The notes under the pieces were generated by a model. It saw only the letters and a program-made list of their open reading frames with translations, was not told where the DNA came from and searched no databases. 64,000 nucleotides of DNA. Source: Candidatus Nanohalarchaeota archaeon (GTDB taxonomy: Archaea > Nanohalarchaeota > Nanosalinia > Nanosalinales > Nanosalinaceae). Both the position numbers and the translations under genes were made by a program. This document shows, piece after piece, positions 1 through 9,346 of this stretch (the stretch's first letter is position 1; every line of letters begins with the position of its first letter). The stretch spans positions 224,001-288,000 of the forward strand of contig JALDAJ010000001.1 of NCBI GenBank assembly GCA_022729235.1, in the 5' to 3' direction.

Positions 1-1254
1 TACGGAGCCGACCACGCGGCGGTCGAACAGGCACTCCAACAGCTTGAAACATTCCAGACCCTTCTAGGAGCAGAAATTGGTTCTATCGTTACACTGGGAA
101 TCGGACCTATCGTCACAGCATCGATTGTACTACAGATGATGGTCGGATCCGACCTCCTGCCCTGGGACACCAACACCGACGAAGGCAGGGCGAAGTTCCA
201 GAGCACGCAAAAAGTACTCGCATACAGCCTCTGTGTAGTCAATGCACTAGGATTCGTTCTGACAGGGACATTCGGAAACGTTATGGGAAGTCCTTTCCTC
301 ATAGCCCTACTAACAGGACAGATAGCGCTGGGCGGAATGATAATCGTTATACTGGACGACCTCATACAGAAATGGGGCTTCGGATCAGGAGTAGGACTGT
401 TCATCGCCGCAGGAGTTTCAAAAGCAGTATTCGTCTCCGCGTTCTCACCCTTAACAACCACAGGAGAACTCTACTGGACATCCGGCGGTAACCCTGTAGG
501 CGCTCTATTCCTGTTCGCCAACACACTCGACCTGACCGCATTGATGCCTATAATCTCGGCAGCAGCAGTTTTCGCGGTCGTCGTGTACATGCAGTCGATG
601 AGAGTAGAGATACCGCTGACCTTTGGAAATGTAAGAGGATTCGGACAGAAATGGCCTCTCAAGTTCCTGTACACCAGCGTCATGCCAGTCATCCTGCTGG
701 TAGCTCTCATCGCAAATATACAGATCGCAGGAACCGCACTCGCAGGACAGGACGGATGCTCGGTACTGGGATGCTTCTCAGGCGGGCAGGCAACCTCCGG
801 ACTGGTGCTATGGCTTAACGCGCCGACAGAGGTATTTGAGAATCTTATCAGCACAGGATTCGCAGCAGTCGGTGCGATCGATATGATCCGTGTGCTCTTC
901 TACCTATCCATATACTCAATCGGAGGGATAGTCTTCTCTGTATTCTGGGCAAAAACAACCGGACAGGGCTCTGGAGACGTCGCGGAACAGATCTCCCGGA
1001 CAGGAATGAAAGTTCCAGGGTTCAGGAAGGATACAAGAATAATCAAGAAAGTACTCGACCGTTACATCCCCGGGCTCGCAGTACTGTCCGGACTCGTAGT
1101 AGGTCTCCTCGCAGCGCTCGCCGACATGACAAGGGCAGCGGGTGGAGGAATCGGTGTACTTCTTACCGTCATGATCCTCTACCGAATGTACGAACAGCTA
1201 GCGCAAAAGCATATGGAAGAGCTCCACCCTGCGATGAGAGAGTTCTTCGAATAA
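1..1254 (+). CDS. secY: Preprotein translocase SecY (5' end lies outside the window)
   Basis: Frame open from base 1 (TLGIGPIVTAS); KWGFGSGVGLFI, PLKFLYTSVMPVIL, VPGFRKD and GGIGVLLTV motifs. Confidence 0.97.
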   Translation, partial: YGADHAAVEQALQQLETFQTLLGAEIGSIVTLGIGPIVTASIVLQMMVGSDLLPWDTNTDEGRAKFQSTQKVLAYSLCVVNALGFVLTGTFGNVMGSPFLIALLTGQIALGGMIIVILDDLIQKWGFGSGVGLFIAAGVSKAVFVSAFSPLTTTGELYWTSGGNPVGALFLFANTLDLTALMPIISAAAVFAVVVYMQSMRVEIPLTFGNVRGFGQKWPLKFLYTSVMPVILLVALIANIQIAGTALAGQDGCSVLGCFSGGQATSGLVLWLNAPTEVFENLISTGFAAVGAIDMIRVLFYLSIYSIGGIVFSVFWAKTTGQGSGDVAEQISRTGMKVPGFRKDTRIIKKVLDRYIPGLAVLSGLVVGLLAALADMTRAAGGGIGVLLTVMILYRMYEQLAQKHMEELHPAMREFFE

Positions 1255-1291
1255 CTCACAATTTAAAAGCGTTCCCGCAGAGAGATTTGTT

Positions 1292-2023
1292 ATGGCTGGT
1301 ATCGAAGCACTGCTTACAGCGATGTACGGCTTCTATGACGCTATTTTCCAGCCTGTACTCCTCTTCGGACCCTATATCTCGCTCGCGTTCTTTTCCGCAG
1401 TACTGGCCGCACTTTTTTCCATAATCTACTGGTACCTGCTTGACATCGAGAAGGCAGACGAAATCAAGGATAAGCTGAGCGAACAGCAGGAAAAGATGAA
1501 AGAGGCCAGAAGTGACGATGAGAGCGACAAGGCATCAGAGCACATGCAGAAGACGATGCAGCTCAACCAGGAACTCATGAAGCTTAACCTGAAGCCTATG
1601 ATCGCCACGATGGTCTTCGTTGCACTGATATTTCCCTGGCTCAGCTACACATTCTCCCCAGCAGTAGCGCTAGAACCGGTAAATGACCATGTATTCGAGG
1701 GGGAGCTGGAGTATGCAGGACAGGTGGAACAGATACAGGTTGACAACTCGACAGATCCTGCTACGGTAACCGTTAACGGTAGCGAAGGAGAAATAGGCGG
1801 ACTAGTCGAGGCTCACAACATTGAATGGGAGCTGGTTCGTTTCGGTGAAAACGGAGGGTTCTTTGCCGTACAGGAAGGGCTTATACTCAGCGTAAGCGCA
1901 AAGTTCATCGACCTACCATTCACACTACCCTACATCGGTGGAGCACTTAACTGGCTAGGATTCTACATCCTCATCGCGATGCCCCTAACATACGGATTCC
2001 GAAAGCTTTTAGGCGTAGCATAA
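1292..2023 (+). CDS. DUF106 / EMC3-TMCO1 (Oxa1 superfamily) membrane protein
   Basis: TM, coiled coil, LKPM, TM, C-terminal WLGFYIL...FRKLLG; conserved position after secY. Confidence 0.88.
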   Translation: MAGIEALLTAMYGFYDAIFQPVLLFGPYISLAFFSAVLAALFSIIYWYLLDIEKADEIKDKLSEQQEKMKEARSDDESDKASEHMQKTMQLNQELMKLNLKPMIATMVFVALIFPWLSYTFSPAVALEPVNDHVFEGELEYAGQVEQIQVDNSTDPATVTVNGSEGEIGGLVEAHNIEWELVRFGENGGFFAVQEGLILSVSAKFIDLPFTLPYIGGALNWLGFYILIAMPLTYGFRKLLGVA

Positions 2024-2056
2024 ACCGGCTTAAAGCTTCACCCAGCATCCATCACT

Positions 2057-3022
2057 ATGACCGATAAACACTGGTACACCCGGGAAGCATCTGAACCTTC
2101 TGAAGACTACGGGACGAGACCTGAGAAAAGATCTATAGAAGAGCTTCTGGAACAAGGGATTTTGATAGTTGATAAACCGTTCGGACCGACAAGTAACCAG
2201 GTATCAGGCTGGATAAAGGAGGAGCTCGATTTAAAGAAGACAGGTCACTTCGGAACACTTGACCCGAACGCGACAGGAGTCCTACCGATAGGTGTCAACC
2301 GTGGAACCCGGATACAGGAAGCGCTTGCAAAAGCCCGGAAAGAATACGTTTTCGAGGCAGAGCTGGGCGAAGAGAAGCCAGAAGACGATATACGAGAGGC
2401 AGTAAAGAGCTTTGAAGGAGTCAACAAACAGGTACCTCCAGAAAAGAGCGCGGTCAAAAGAGAGGAACGTGAACGCGAAGCATACGAGACCGAACTGCTT
2501 GAAGTCCAGGAGAATCAAGTTCTTGGACGGGTTAGATGTGAATCAGGGTTCTACGTGCGCGTCATGATAGAACAGCTCGGAGAGAAACTTGACACATCGG
2601 CAGAGATGACCGAATTACGGCGGACAAAACAGGGAGAACTCAGCGAGGAAGACACCGCAACACTGCAGGATATAGTCGATGCATACAACTTCTACCGCAA
2701 GGAAGGTAAGGAAGAGGAAATCAGGAAAGTTTTACATCCCATCGAGAGGGCGGTCGCACACATGCCGAAAATCGTTATCAAGGATACCGCAGTCAACGCT
2801 GTCGCAAATGGTTCCGACCTCGGATCAACCGGCATCTCAAAGCTGCAGGACGGCATCCAGGAAGGCGATAGAGCGGCAATCATGACACTGAAAGGCGAAC
2901 TCGTGGCGCTCGCAACCGCGCAGATGACCTCAGAAGAGATGTACGACCAGAAAGGTACAGCAGCCACACTGGAAAGCGTTCACATGAACCCAGAAATCTA
3001 TCCGAAAAAGTGGAAACGGTAG
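2057..3022 (+). CDS. cbf5: H/ACA pseudouridine synthase Cbf5 (TruB family, PUA domain)
   Basis: VDKPFGPTS, GHFGTLDPNATGVL, CESGFYVR, MTELRRT, PUA domain. Confidence 0.96.
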   Translation: MTDKHWYTREASEPSEDYGTRPEKRSIEELLEQGILIVDKPFGPTSNQVSGWIKEELDLKKTGHFGTLDPNATGVLPIGVNRGTRIQEALAKARKEYVFEAELGEEKPEDDIREAVKSFEGVNKQVPPEKSAVKREEREREAYETELLEVQENQVLGRVRCESGFYVRVMIEQLGEKLDTSAEMTELRRTKQGELSEEDTATLQDIVDAYNFYRKEGKEEEIRKVLHPIERAVAHMPKIVIKDTAVNAVANGSDLGSTGISKLQDGIQEGDRAAIMTLKGELVALATAQMTSEEMYDQKGTAATLESVHMNPEIYPKKWKR

Positions 3023-3055
3023 AGGAATTATTAGTATGGAGGATAAAATCTTGAT

Positions 3056-3568
3056 ATGAAACTGATAATAACAGACGAGGAACCTGACCTCGACGGCGCA
3101 GCTTCCTCCTACGCGTATGCTGAATTTCTCAAAAAGAACGATGAAAAAGCAGTAGGAGCCGTATTCGGCGACCTGAACGAACAGACGGAACAGATACTTG
3201 AAGAACTTGACGAGGAGATACAGGACGCCTCTTACTACCTGTACTCCGCGGACGAAATCATCATCGTAAGCGCGAGCAGTATGGACCATATCTCACGGCG
3301 CATATCCCCTGACAAAGTCGTAGAAATCATCGACCACGAAGACGTCAGCAAGGAAGACTTCCCGGAGGCAGATATCGAGATAGAAGGCGTCAGCACCGCA
3401 TCAACCATTATCGCGGAGAAATTCCGGGACAACGACATCGAGGTAAGCAAGGGCGCAGTCACACTACTACACGCGGCGATAACTTCCACCATTGAAGAAC
3501 TGGATGACGAAGAAGTAACCGACCGCGACCGGGAAATAGTCGAGTGGCTGGAAGAACAGAAAGAATAA
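3056..3568 (+). CDS. DHH-family protein resembling the N-terminal domain of Mn-dependent pyrophosphatase; degenerate motifs
   Basis: EEPDLDG, EIIDHE in place of DHH, STASTIIAE; no DHHA2 domain. Confidence 0.65.
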   Translation: MKLIITDEEPDLDGAASSYAYAEFLKKNDEKAVGAVFGDLNEQTEQILEELDEEIQDASYYLYSADEIIIVSASSMDHISRRISPDKVVEIIDHEDVSKEDFPEADIEIEGVSTASTIIAEKFRDNDIEVSKGAVTLLHAAITSTIEELDDEEVTDRDREIVEWLEEQKE

Positions 3569-3633
3569 CTCCTCTCCAGCAGGGTAGCTTATAAGATTCT
3601 TAGTCAAGCTCTTCCTCATAGTGGCTTCCATAA

Positions 3634-3780
3634 GCCGGGGTGACTGAGTCTGGACGAAAGTGCCAGCCTGGAATAGCCGGCTCCTCTTTGAGGTGACGGC
3701 TTGAGAAGAGCTCTTCTCTTCGATCCCAGTCAGCTGGTGACCCATACCGGGTCTCCTGGGTTCAAATCCCAGCCCCGGCG
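3634..3780 (+). tRNA. tRNA-Ser(GGA) with 58-nt intron 3674-3731
   Basis: Acceptor GCCGGGG/CCCCGGC, anticodon GGA 3670-3672, long variable arm, BHB with CTGG/CCAG helix. Confidence 0.93.
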
Positions 3781-3793
3781 TCTTCGACGCCTT

Positions 3794-3908
3794 GCTGGAT
3801 TTGATTATCCTCACATCTCTCACGAGAAGTTCAGGGTTCAAATCCGAGAAATCCAGTTCTGGTTTCGAGTTGCAGAAAATCTTTTGATTTTCGAACCCAT
3901 ATCCGGCG
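3794..3908 (+). repeat. tRNA-derived inverted and direct copies plus two tandem GAA..TTC-GA hairpins
   Basis: gctggatttga (antisense T-arm), gggttcaaatcc, gagaaatccagttctggtttcga, gcagaaaatcttttgattttcgaa, degenerate 3' copy ending ccggcg. Confidence 0.7.
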
Positions 3909-3962
3909 CTTATCTAATATTCAGCCGGTTTTATAACCGAACTTCACCAAATCTTGTCCATC

Positions 3963-4811
3963 ATGAAAAAATCTATCTTACTCGCAACACTTGTACTCGC
4001 TATAGGCGTGGGATTCGCGAGTGCACAGGACGCGGAGACTCAGGAAGAACCTCAACCTGACGAGGAGGTACCTGAAGAAGTAAGTACAGGATGGTTTACA
4101 CCTGACTCAGCGCTCTACGGGCTCGAAACTGCCTGGGATAACACAGGTATGGCTCTAGGAGTCAAGTCTCCTGGCGATGTAGCCCAGAAGAGAGCTGCCG
4201 AAGCTCAAGTAATGGCTGAAGAAGGAAACTACGGGGCAGCACAGAGGGCGGCGGAAGGACTTGAGAACGCCGCATCAAGAGCCGGAGATGACGATATCGA
4301 AGGTATTGAACAGGCAACATCGACACTTGAAAGAGTGATCGAAGATGCGCCTGAAGAAGCCCTTGAAGGCCTCCAGACAGCGATGGAGAACGTGGCGGAA
4401 GCGGGTCCGGAGGATTTAGAAATCGAACCAGGACCACCGGGAGATGAACCAGGTGAAGACGTAGAACCCGGACAGCCGGATGACGAGCCTCAACCAGGTG
4501 ACCAACCGAATGGTGACGCTGAAGCAGGCGGTGAAGAAACTAGAGAGATAGTAGTAGAGAACGACGGGATGTCATTCGAAACAGGAGAAATCGAGGTTGA
4601 AGAAGGAGAAGAAGTAACTATCACATTCGCCAACCAGGGCGGTATCCACGACCTGAGAATCCCTGAACTTGAAGTAGGAACAGAGGAAATCTCAGGCGGA
4701 GAACGAGCGTCCTTCACCCACACCTTTGACGAACCAGGAACTTACGAATTTGAGTGCAGCGTCGGCAACCACGCCGAACAGGGTATGACTGGAGATATAG
4801 TAGTTGAGTAA
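3963..4811 (+). CDS. Secreted protein: DUF5667-like helical domain, acidic Pro-rich linker, cupredoxin (halocyanin-like) domain
   Basis: Signal peptide; TPDSALYGLE; type-1 Cu ligands H...C-x4-H-x4-M (HDLRI; ECSVGNHAEQGM). Confidence 0.82.
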   Translation: MKKSILLATLVLAIGVGFASAQDAETQEEPQPDEEVPEEVSTGWFTPDSALYGLETAWDNTGMALGVKSPGDVAQKRAAEAQVMAEEGNYGAAQRAAEGLENAASRAGDDDIEGIEQATSTLERVIEDAPEEALEGLQTAMENVAEAGPEDLEIEPGPPGDEPGEDVEPGQPDDEPQPGDQPNGDAEAGGEETREIVVENDGMSFETGEIEVEEGEEVTITFANQGGIHDLRIPELEVGTEEISGGERASFTHTFDEPGTYEFECSVGNHAEQGMTGDIVVE

Positions 4812-4869
4812 ACCCTGTTCCTGGGACTCCTTCCTTTATTTTTACTACTTGCGTCTTGAAGCCAGTTCT

Positions 4870-6237
4870 TTAATCTATATAGAGAGTTTTCCTATTCACG
4901 AACTCTTTGATGCCTTCCTCTCCAAGCTCTCGACCGTAGCCAGAGTTCTTCACTCCGCCAAAGGGCAGTCTAGGATCGGATTTTACTAGTTCGTTAACAA
5001 ATACATTCCCTGCTTCTAGCTCTCTACTAAGTCTTTCCGCCCTTTCCAAGTCTTGTGTCCATATTGAGGCGCCTAGACCGTATGGAGTTCTATTTGCAAT
5101 TTCAACTGCTTCTTTTTCGGAAGAAACCGTAAAGACTGAAGCTACAGGTCCGAATAGTTCTTCTTCATAAGCCGGTGTTTCCTCCGGGATATCTCTTAAA
5201 ATCGTGGGTTCGTAGAAGAATCCGTTTCTATCCGGTATGCTGCCGCCGGTAACCACTTCAGCTCCTGCTTTAACTGATTCTTCAACCTGAGCGGCAAGTT
5301 CATCTCTCAGGTCTTTCCTTGCTATAGGGCCTATATCTACATCTTCGTTCGCCGGATTTCCGATTTGCATGGATTCAAACTGATTCTTAAGCATCTCCAG
5401 GCATTCATCAGCGATGTCCTCGTGCACTATTATTCTTTTTGCGGCGATACAGCTCTGTCCGTTGTTAAGAAGCCTTGATGTCGTGGCTACCTCACATGCT
5501 TTCTCTATATCTGCATCTTCAAGAATTATGAATGGGTCGCTGCCGCCAAGTTCTAGAACCGTCTTCTTCAGGTTTTCTCCCGCCTGTCTTGCCACCGCTT
5601 TTCCAGCTCCCGTGCTTCCTGTCAGAGTTACTCCTCTGACCCGGTCATCTGCTATAATTTTGGAGGCTTGATCGTTTGTCACGTATATATTCTGGAACAC
5701 GCCCTCAGAGAACCCTGCGTCTTTAAAGATTTCTTCTATCTTCGCAGCAGTTTTCGGGACATTTGGCGCATGTTTCAATATACCTACATTCCCTGCCATC
5801 AGGTTTGGTGCGGCGAAACGCATTACCTGCCATAGAGGAAAGTTCCAGGGCATTATCGCGAATACCGGTCCTAGAGGCTCATATCTTACCGTGCTTTTCT
5901 GCGCATCTGTAGGTATATTCTTCTCCGATAAGTAAGACTCAGCATATGATGCGTAGTGTTCACATACCCACGCACATTTCTCTACCTCTGATTTTGCAGA
6001 ATTTATGGGTTTGCCCATCTCCTCTGTCATTGTTTCAGAGAGTTCCTTCGAGTTCTCTCTAAGTAAATCAGCTACTTTTCTCATTTTCTGCCTTCTTTCT
6101 TCAAACCCTGTCTTTCTCCATTCTTGGAACGTTTCCCAGCTTTTCTCCAGGACTTGTCTCACTTCTTGATCTGGAGCAGTTTCAAACTCCTCTATATTTT
6201 CCTCCGTAGCCGGGTTAACTATCCTGTATTTTGACAT
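4870..6237 (-). CDS. NAD(P)-dependent succinate-semialdehyde dehydrogenase (Sad/GabD1-like ALDH)
   Basis: IMPWNFP, LKHA, LTGS, LELGGSDP, NNGQSCIAAKR, EELFGP, PFGGVKNSGYGRELG. Confidence 0.9.
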   Translation of the reverse strand: MSKYRIVNPATEENIEEFETAPDQEVRQVLEKSWETFQEWRKTGFEERRQKMRKVADLLRENSKELSETMTEEMGKPINSAKSEVEKCAWVCEHYASYAESYLSEKNIPTDAQKSTVRYEPLGPVFAIMPWNFPLWQVMRFAAPNLMAGNVGILKHAPNVPKTAAKIEEIFKDAGFSEGVFQNIYVTNDQASKIIADDRVRGVTLTGSTGAGKAVARQAGENLKKTVLELGGSDPFIILEDADIEKACEVATTSRLLNNGQSCIAAKRIIVHEDIADECLEMLKNQFESMQIGNPANEDVDIGPIARKDLRDELAAQVEESVKAGAEVVTGGSIPDRNGFFYEPTILRDIPEETPAYEEELFGPVASVFTVSSEKEAVEIANRTPYGLGASIWTQDLERAERLSRELEAGNVFVNELVKSDPRLPFGGVKNSGYGRELGEEGIKEFVNRKTLYID

Positions 6238-6248
6238 ATCTCTCCACT

Positions 6249-7889
6249 TCAAGTTGGACAAATCATTTCTCCAAGTTTTTCAGTCAACCTGTGATTTTCC
6301 TCGGGATCCACGGGAACCTCGATTACATCTACTTCTCCACTGTCCAGCGACTTCTCCAGTATTTCTGTAAGCTGGCAGGGCGATTCAACTCTGTGACCTT
6401 GAGCACCATAGCTCTCCGCCAGCTTCACGAAGTCAGGATTGTCGAACTCTGCGCCGAACTTGTGACCGTATTCATCCACCTGTTTCCATGTTATCGCACC
6501 TAATTCCTGATCATTGAATACCAGAAGCGTCAAATCAAGATTTAGACGTGTGGCTGTTTCAAGCTCTTGGGCGTTCATAACAAAACAGCCATCCCCTATT
6601 GTAGCTACTATATTCCTCTCAGGTTCCGCCAGCTTTGCACCTATAGCTCCAGGAAGCGCTATCCCCATAGTAGCCAGTCCGTTTGAAACAATGAACGTGT
6701 TGGGTTCATAGGTAGGGTATAACCTGCTCATCCAGAGTTTATGGGCTCCCGTATCTGTTATAAGCACGTCATCATCCGCCAGATGTTCTCTAAGATCATG
6801 CACTATTCTCTGGGGCTTCATAGGAAGTGAATCATCATTTGTGTACTTGTTAAACTCGTCTTCTATAAACCTCTTCAGGTCTCTCGAATATTCAGCATCT
6901 TTTCCTTCTATATCCTCCTCTTTCAAAGTCCTCAAGGATTGTCTAATATTCCCTACCATCTGTGCTGAAGGCCTGTAATGTTTGTCGACTTCCGGAATCC
7001 GTGAATCAATATGAATGATTTCCTTATCTCTATCAGGATTCCATTTTTCAGGATAATATTCTATGTAATCCGTACCTACGGCGATAATAAGGTCGGCCTT
7101 TTCTATACCACACATCACATAATCCCGGTTCTGAAGACCGATTGTACCGATAGAAAGGTCTTCTCTAGCCGAAATAGCTCCTTTACCCATGAAAGTAGTC
7201 ACGACAGGAATATTATTCTGTTTTACAAACTGTGTGAGCTCCTCAGACGCGCCGGAACGTATAACGCCGTTACCAGCTATTATATACGGATTTTCAGAAT
7301 CCTCTATTAGTTCAGCTACTTCTCTGACAGTTTCAGCGTCCGGTTTTGTATCGCTGTCAAGTCCGGGTTTCGGCAGCAAAGGTTCGCCAATATCCTTGTT
7401 TTCCAGGACATCCGCGGGAAGCTCTATATGAGTGGCTCCCGGTTTCTCAGACTCAGCAATCTGAAAGGACTTCCTGACTATTTCAGGTATAGCCTCCGGT
7501 TTTTCCACGGACTTATTGAACTGGGTGACTTCACTTAGAATATTTACGACATCAATATACTGGTGTGATTCCTTGTGCGTCTTATCTCTTTCTAGTTGAC
7601 CCGTTAAAGCTACTAGCGCGCCTGCATCCAGGTTTGCGTCAGCGACAGCTGTAATAAGATTCGTGGCTCCCGGTCCAAGAGTTGAAAGACATACCCCTGC
7701 ATCTCCTGTCAGCCTTCCATAAACATCCGCCATGAAAGCCGCTCCTTGCTCATGCCTTGTTAAAACAAGATCGATATCGGAGCGAGAAAGTTCGTCCATT
7801 ATACTCGTGGTCTGTTCACCCGGCAAACCAAAGATGTATTCCACTCCTTCATTTTCTAATGCCTTGATGAGAAGCTCAGAGCCTCTCAT
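6249..7889 (-). CDS. ThDP-dependent acetolactate-synthase-like enzyme (2-oxoglutarate decarboxylase-like subfamily)
   Basis: FGLPGE, TRHEQGAAFMA, STLGPGATN, SNGLATMG, GDG..N motif; adjacent to SSADH. Confidence 0.85.
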   Translation of the reverse strand: MRGSELLIKALENEGVEYIFGLPGEQTTSIMDELSRSDIDLVLTRHEQGAAFMADVYGRLTGDAGVCLSTLGPGATNLITAVADANLDAGALVALTGQLERDKTHKESHQYIDVVNILSEVTQFNKSVEKPEAIPEIVRKSFQIAESEKPGATHIELPADVLENKDIGEPLLPKPGLDSDTKPDAETVREVAELIEDSENPYIIAGNGVIRSGASEELTQFVKQNNIPVVTTFMGKGAISAREDLSIGTIGLQNRDYVMCGIEKADLIIAVGTDYIEYYPEKWNPDRDKEIIHIDSRIPEVDKHYRPSAQMVGNIRQSLRTLKEEDIEGKDAEYSRDLKRFIEDEFNKYTNDDSLPMKPQRIVHDLREHLADDDVLITDTGAHKLWMSRLYPTYEPNTFIVSNGLATMGIALPGAIGAKLAEPERNIVATIGDGCFVMNAQELETATRLNLDLTLLVFNDQELGAITWKQVDEYGHKFGAEFDNPDFVKLAESYGAQGHRVESPCQLTEILEKSLDSGEVDVIEVPVDPEENHRLTEKLGEMICPT

Positions 7890-7961
7890 AATCGAATCTC
7901 TCCTCCCGGAGATTTCTGCCTATCCATACTAATGTGTAAAAATGTTGCACATTTTTAAACA

Positions 7962-8270
7962 TTAAAGTCGTTCGATTGCCTCCCTCTTTTCCTCCATCCA
8001 CAAATCCAGTTCTTTACTGGCTTTCTCCCTGAGACTCTCAGAATCCATTGAATAGACATGTTCCCTCCCATTTCTTGAAACCTTAACCAAACCTGCTTTC
8101 TTAAGTCCTGACAGGTATCTCTGAACAGTGCTTCTGTCAAGATTGATACTATCAGATAGCTCTTTAACCGTCATCTCCTCTCCACAAAGCTCCATCAGGA
8201 TATCTACATCCCTACTTTTCAGCTTGAAAACAACACTCAAGAGCTCCTCTAACTCGGGGGAACACTCCAT
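7962..8270 (-). CDS. Winged-HTH transcriptional regulator (TrmB/COG3355-like)
   Basis: MTVKELSDSINLDRSTVQRYL; same strand, upstream of the ThDP enzyme. Confidence 0.8.
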   Translation of the reverse strand: MECSPELEELLSVVFKLKSRDVDILMELCGEEMTVKELSDSINLDRSTVQRYLSGLKKAGLVKVSRNGREHVYSMDSESLREKASKELDLWMEEKREAIERL

Positions 8271-8474
8271 ACATGTAAATAAAGAAACTATACTTTTATT
8301 CTTGAAACGTATCACAGCCAGCCAGAAGCCCGAATCCCTTTAACACGACCTTAATCAGTACCTGATTAATAGCTACTAACACGCGATTTCTGCAGAAGCC
8401 GTAAGAGAAACGAGTGTTCAAGGGACACACACAACATTAATAAACTTTGCGGTAACAACAGTTCTCTTGTAACC

Positions 8475-8681
8475 ATGACAGAATGCGAAATCTGTGGTAG
8501 AACCGAGAAAGAACTCAGCGAAGAGTTCGGACGCGAGATCAAGGTTAGCGAGCATGAAGGCATGAACAAGTGCCAGAAATGCCTCAGCGAGTACCAGAGA
8601 GAGACAGGGGAAGAAAAAGTCGAAGACCTTGATAACGAGCTCGCGGAAAGTAAGGACTGGAAAGACGTCGTAACGGCGTAA
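8475..8681 (+). CDS. Small Zn-finger protein
   Basis: CEIC...CQKC, acidic tail. Confidence 0.7.
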   Translation: MTECEICGRTEKELSEEFGREIKVSEHEGMNKCQKCLSEYQRETGEEKVEDLDNELAESKDWKDVVTA

Positions 8682-8712
8682 CATTTCTATTTCTTCCTTC
8701 CAAAACTTAGAC

Positions 8713-9063
8713 ATGCCACAGCCAGAAAACTATCTCAGAACCATCTACGAACTCTCCGAGAAAGGAGAGAGTTCTACAGCCAACTCCGAAGTAGCTGAGG
8801 CTCTAGACGTATCAGACGCAAGCGCCTCGGAAGCCATACAGAAACTGGAGGAGCGAAATCTAGTGTGCAGAGCACCCTACAAAGGCATTACCCTGAGCCC
8901 ACCCGGGAAAAAGCAGGGAGAAAAACTCTCCAGAAAATACAGCGTACTTGTAAAATTCTTCGAATGGTTAGGAGTTGAAAACCCTGAAAAAGAAGCTGTT
9001 GAAATAGAACACGCGATTTCCAGTGATGCCACGGAAAAGATAGAAGAACTCGTCAACAGATAA
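8713..9063 (+). CDS. DtxR/MntR-family metal-dependent regulator
   Basis: ENYLRTIY, HTH, PYKGITL, EAVEIEHAIS. Confidence 0.9.
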   Translation: MPQPENYLRTIYELSEKGESSTANSEVAEALDVSDASASEAIQKLEERNLVCRAPYKGITLSPPGKKQGEKLSRKYSVLVKFFEWLGVENPEKEAVEIEHAISSDATEKIEELVNR

Positions 9064-9154
9064 CATGTCAACGATATCAGTCCTCCAGGAACTAGTCCCC
9101 CAAGAATAGACTGTTTTCTTAAGTGTTGCCTTCTTTCAGTAAAATGTACGAAAC

Positions 9155-9210
9155 AGCCCCCTGGTGTGAACGCAGATACGAGATCTGCTTGAAGCACACA
9201 GGAAGCAAAT
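9155..9210 (+). repeat. Direct copy of the tRNA-Gln 5' end, core hairpin (reverse orientation) and degenerate inverted copy
   Basis: agccccctggtgt at 9155 and 9211; gcagat-acgag-atctgc; acacaggaagc. Confidence 0.72.
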
Positions 9211-9343
9211 AGCCCCCTGGTGTAGCGGTCAATCATAGCGGCCTTTGGCACCTCAAGTTCTCGTCAGGGAACGAGGACTTTGAAGAGCTCTGCTCTTCAG
9301 GTGAAGATAGCCGCTGACCCAGGTTCGAATCCTGGGGGGGCTA
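9211..9343 (+). tRNA. tRNA-Gln(TTG) with 60-nt intron 9249-9308
   Basis: Acceptor AGCCCCC/GGGGGCT, anticodon TTG 9245-9247, BHB. Confidence 0.93.
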
Positions 9344-9346
9344 ACC

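Noticed and set aside
9155-9210. Split or permuted tRNA halves
   Set aside because: Fragments are only 13-24 nt and sit beside complete cognate genes; no trans-pairing leaders seen.
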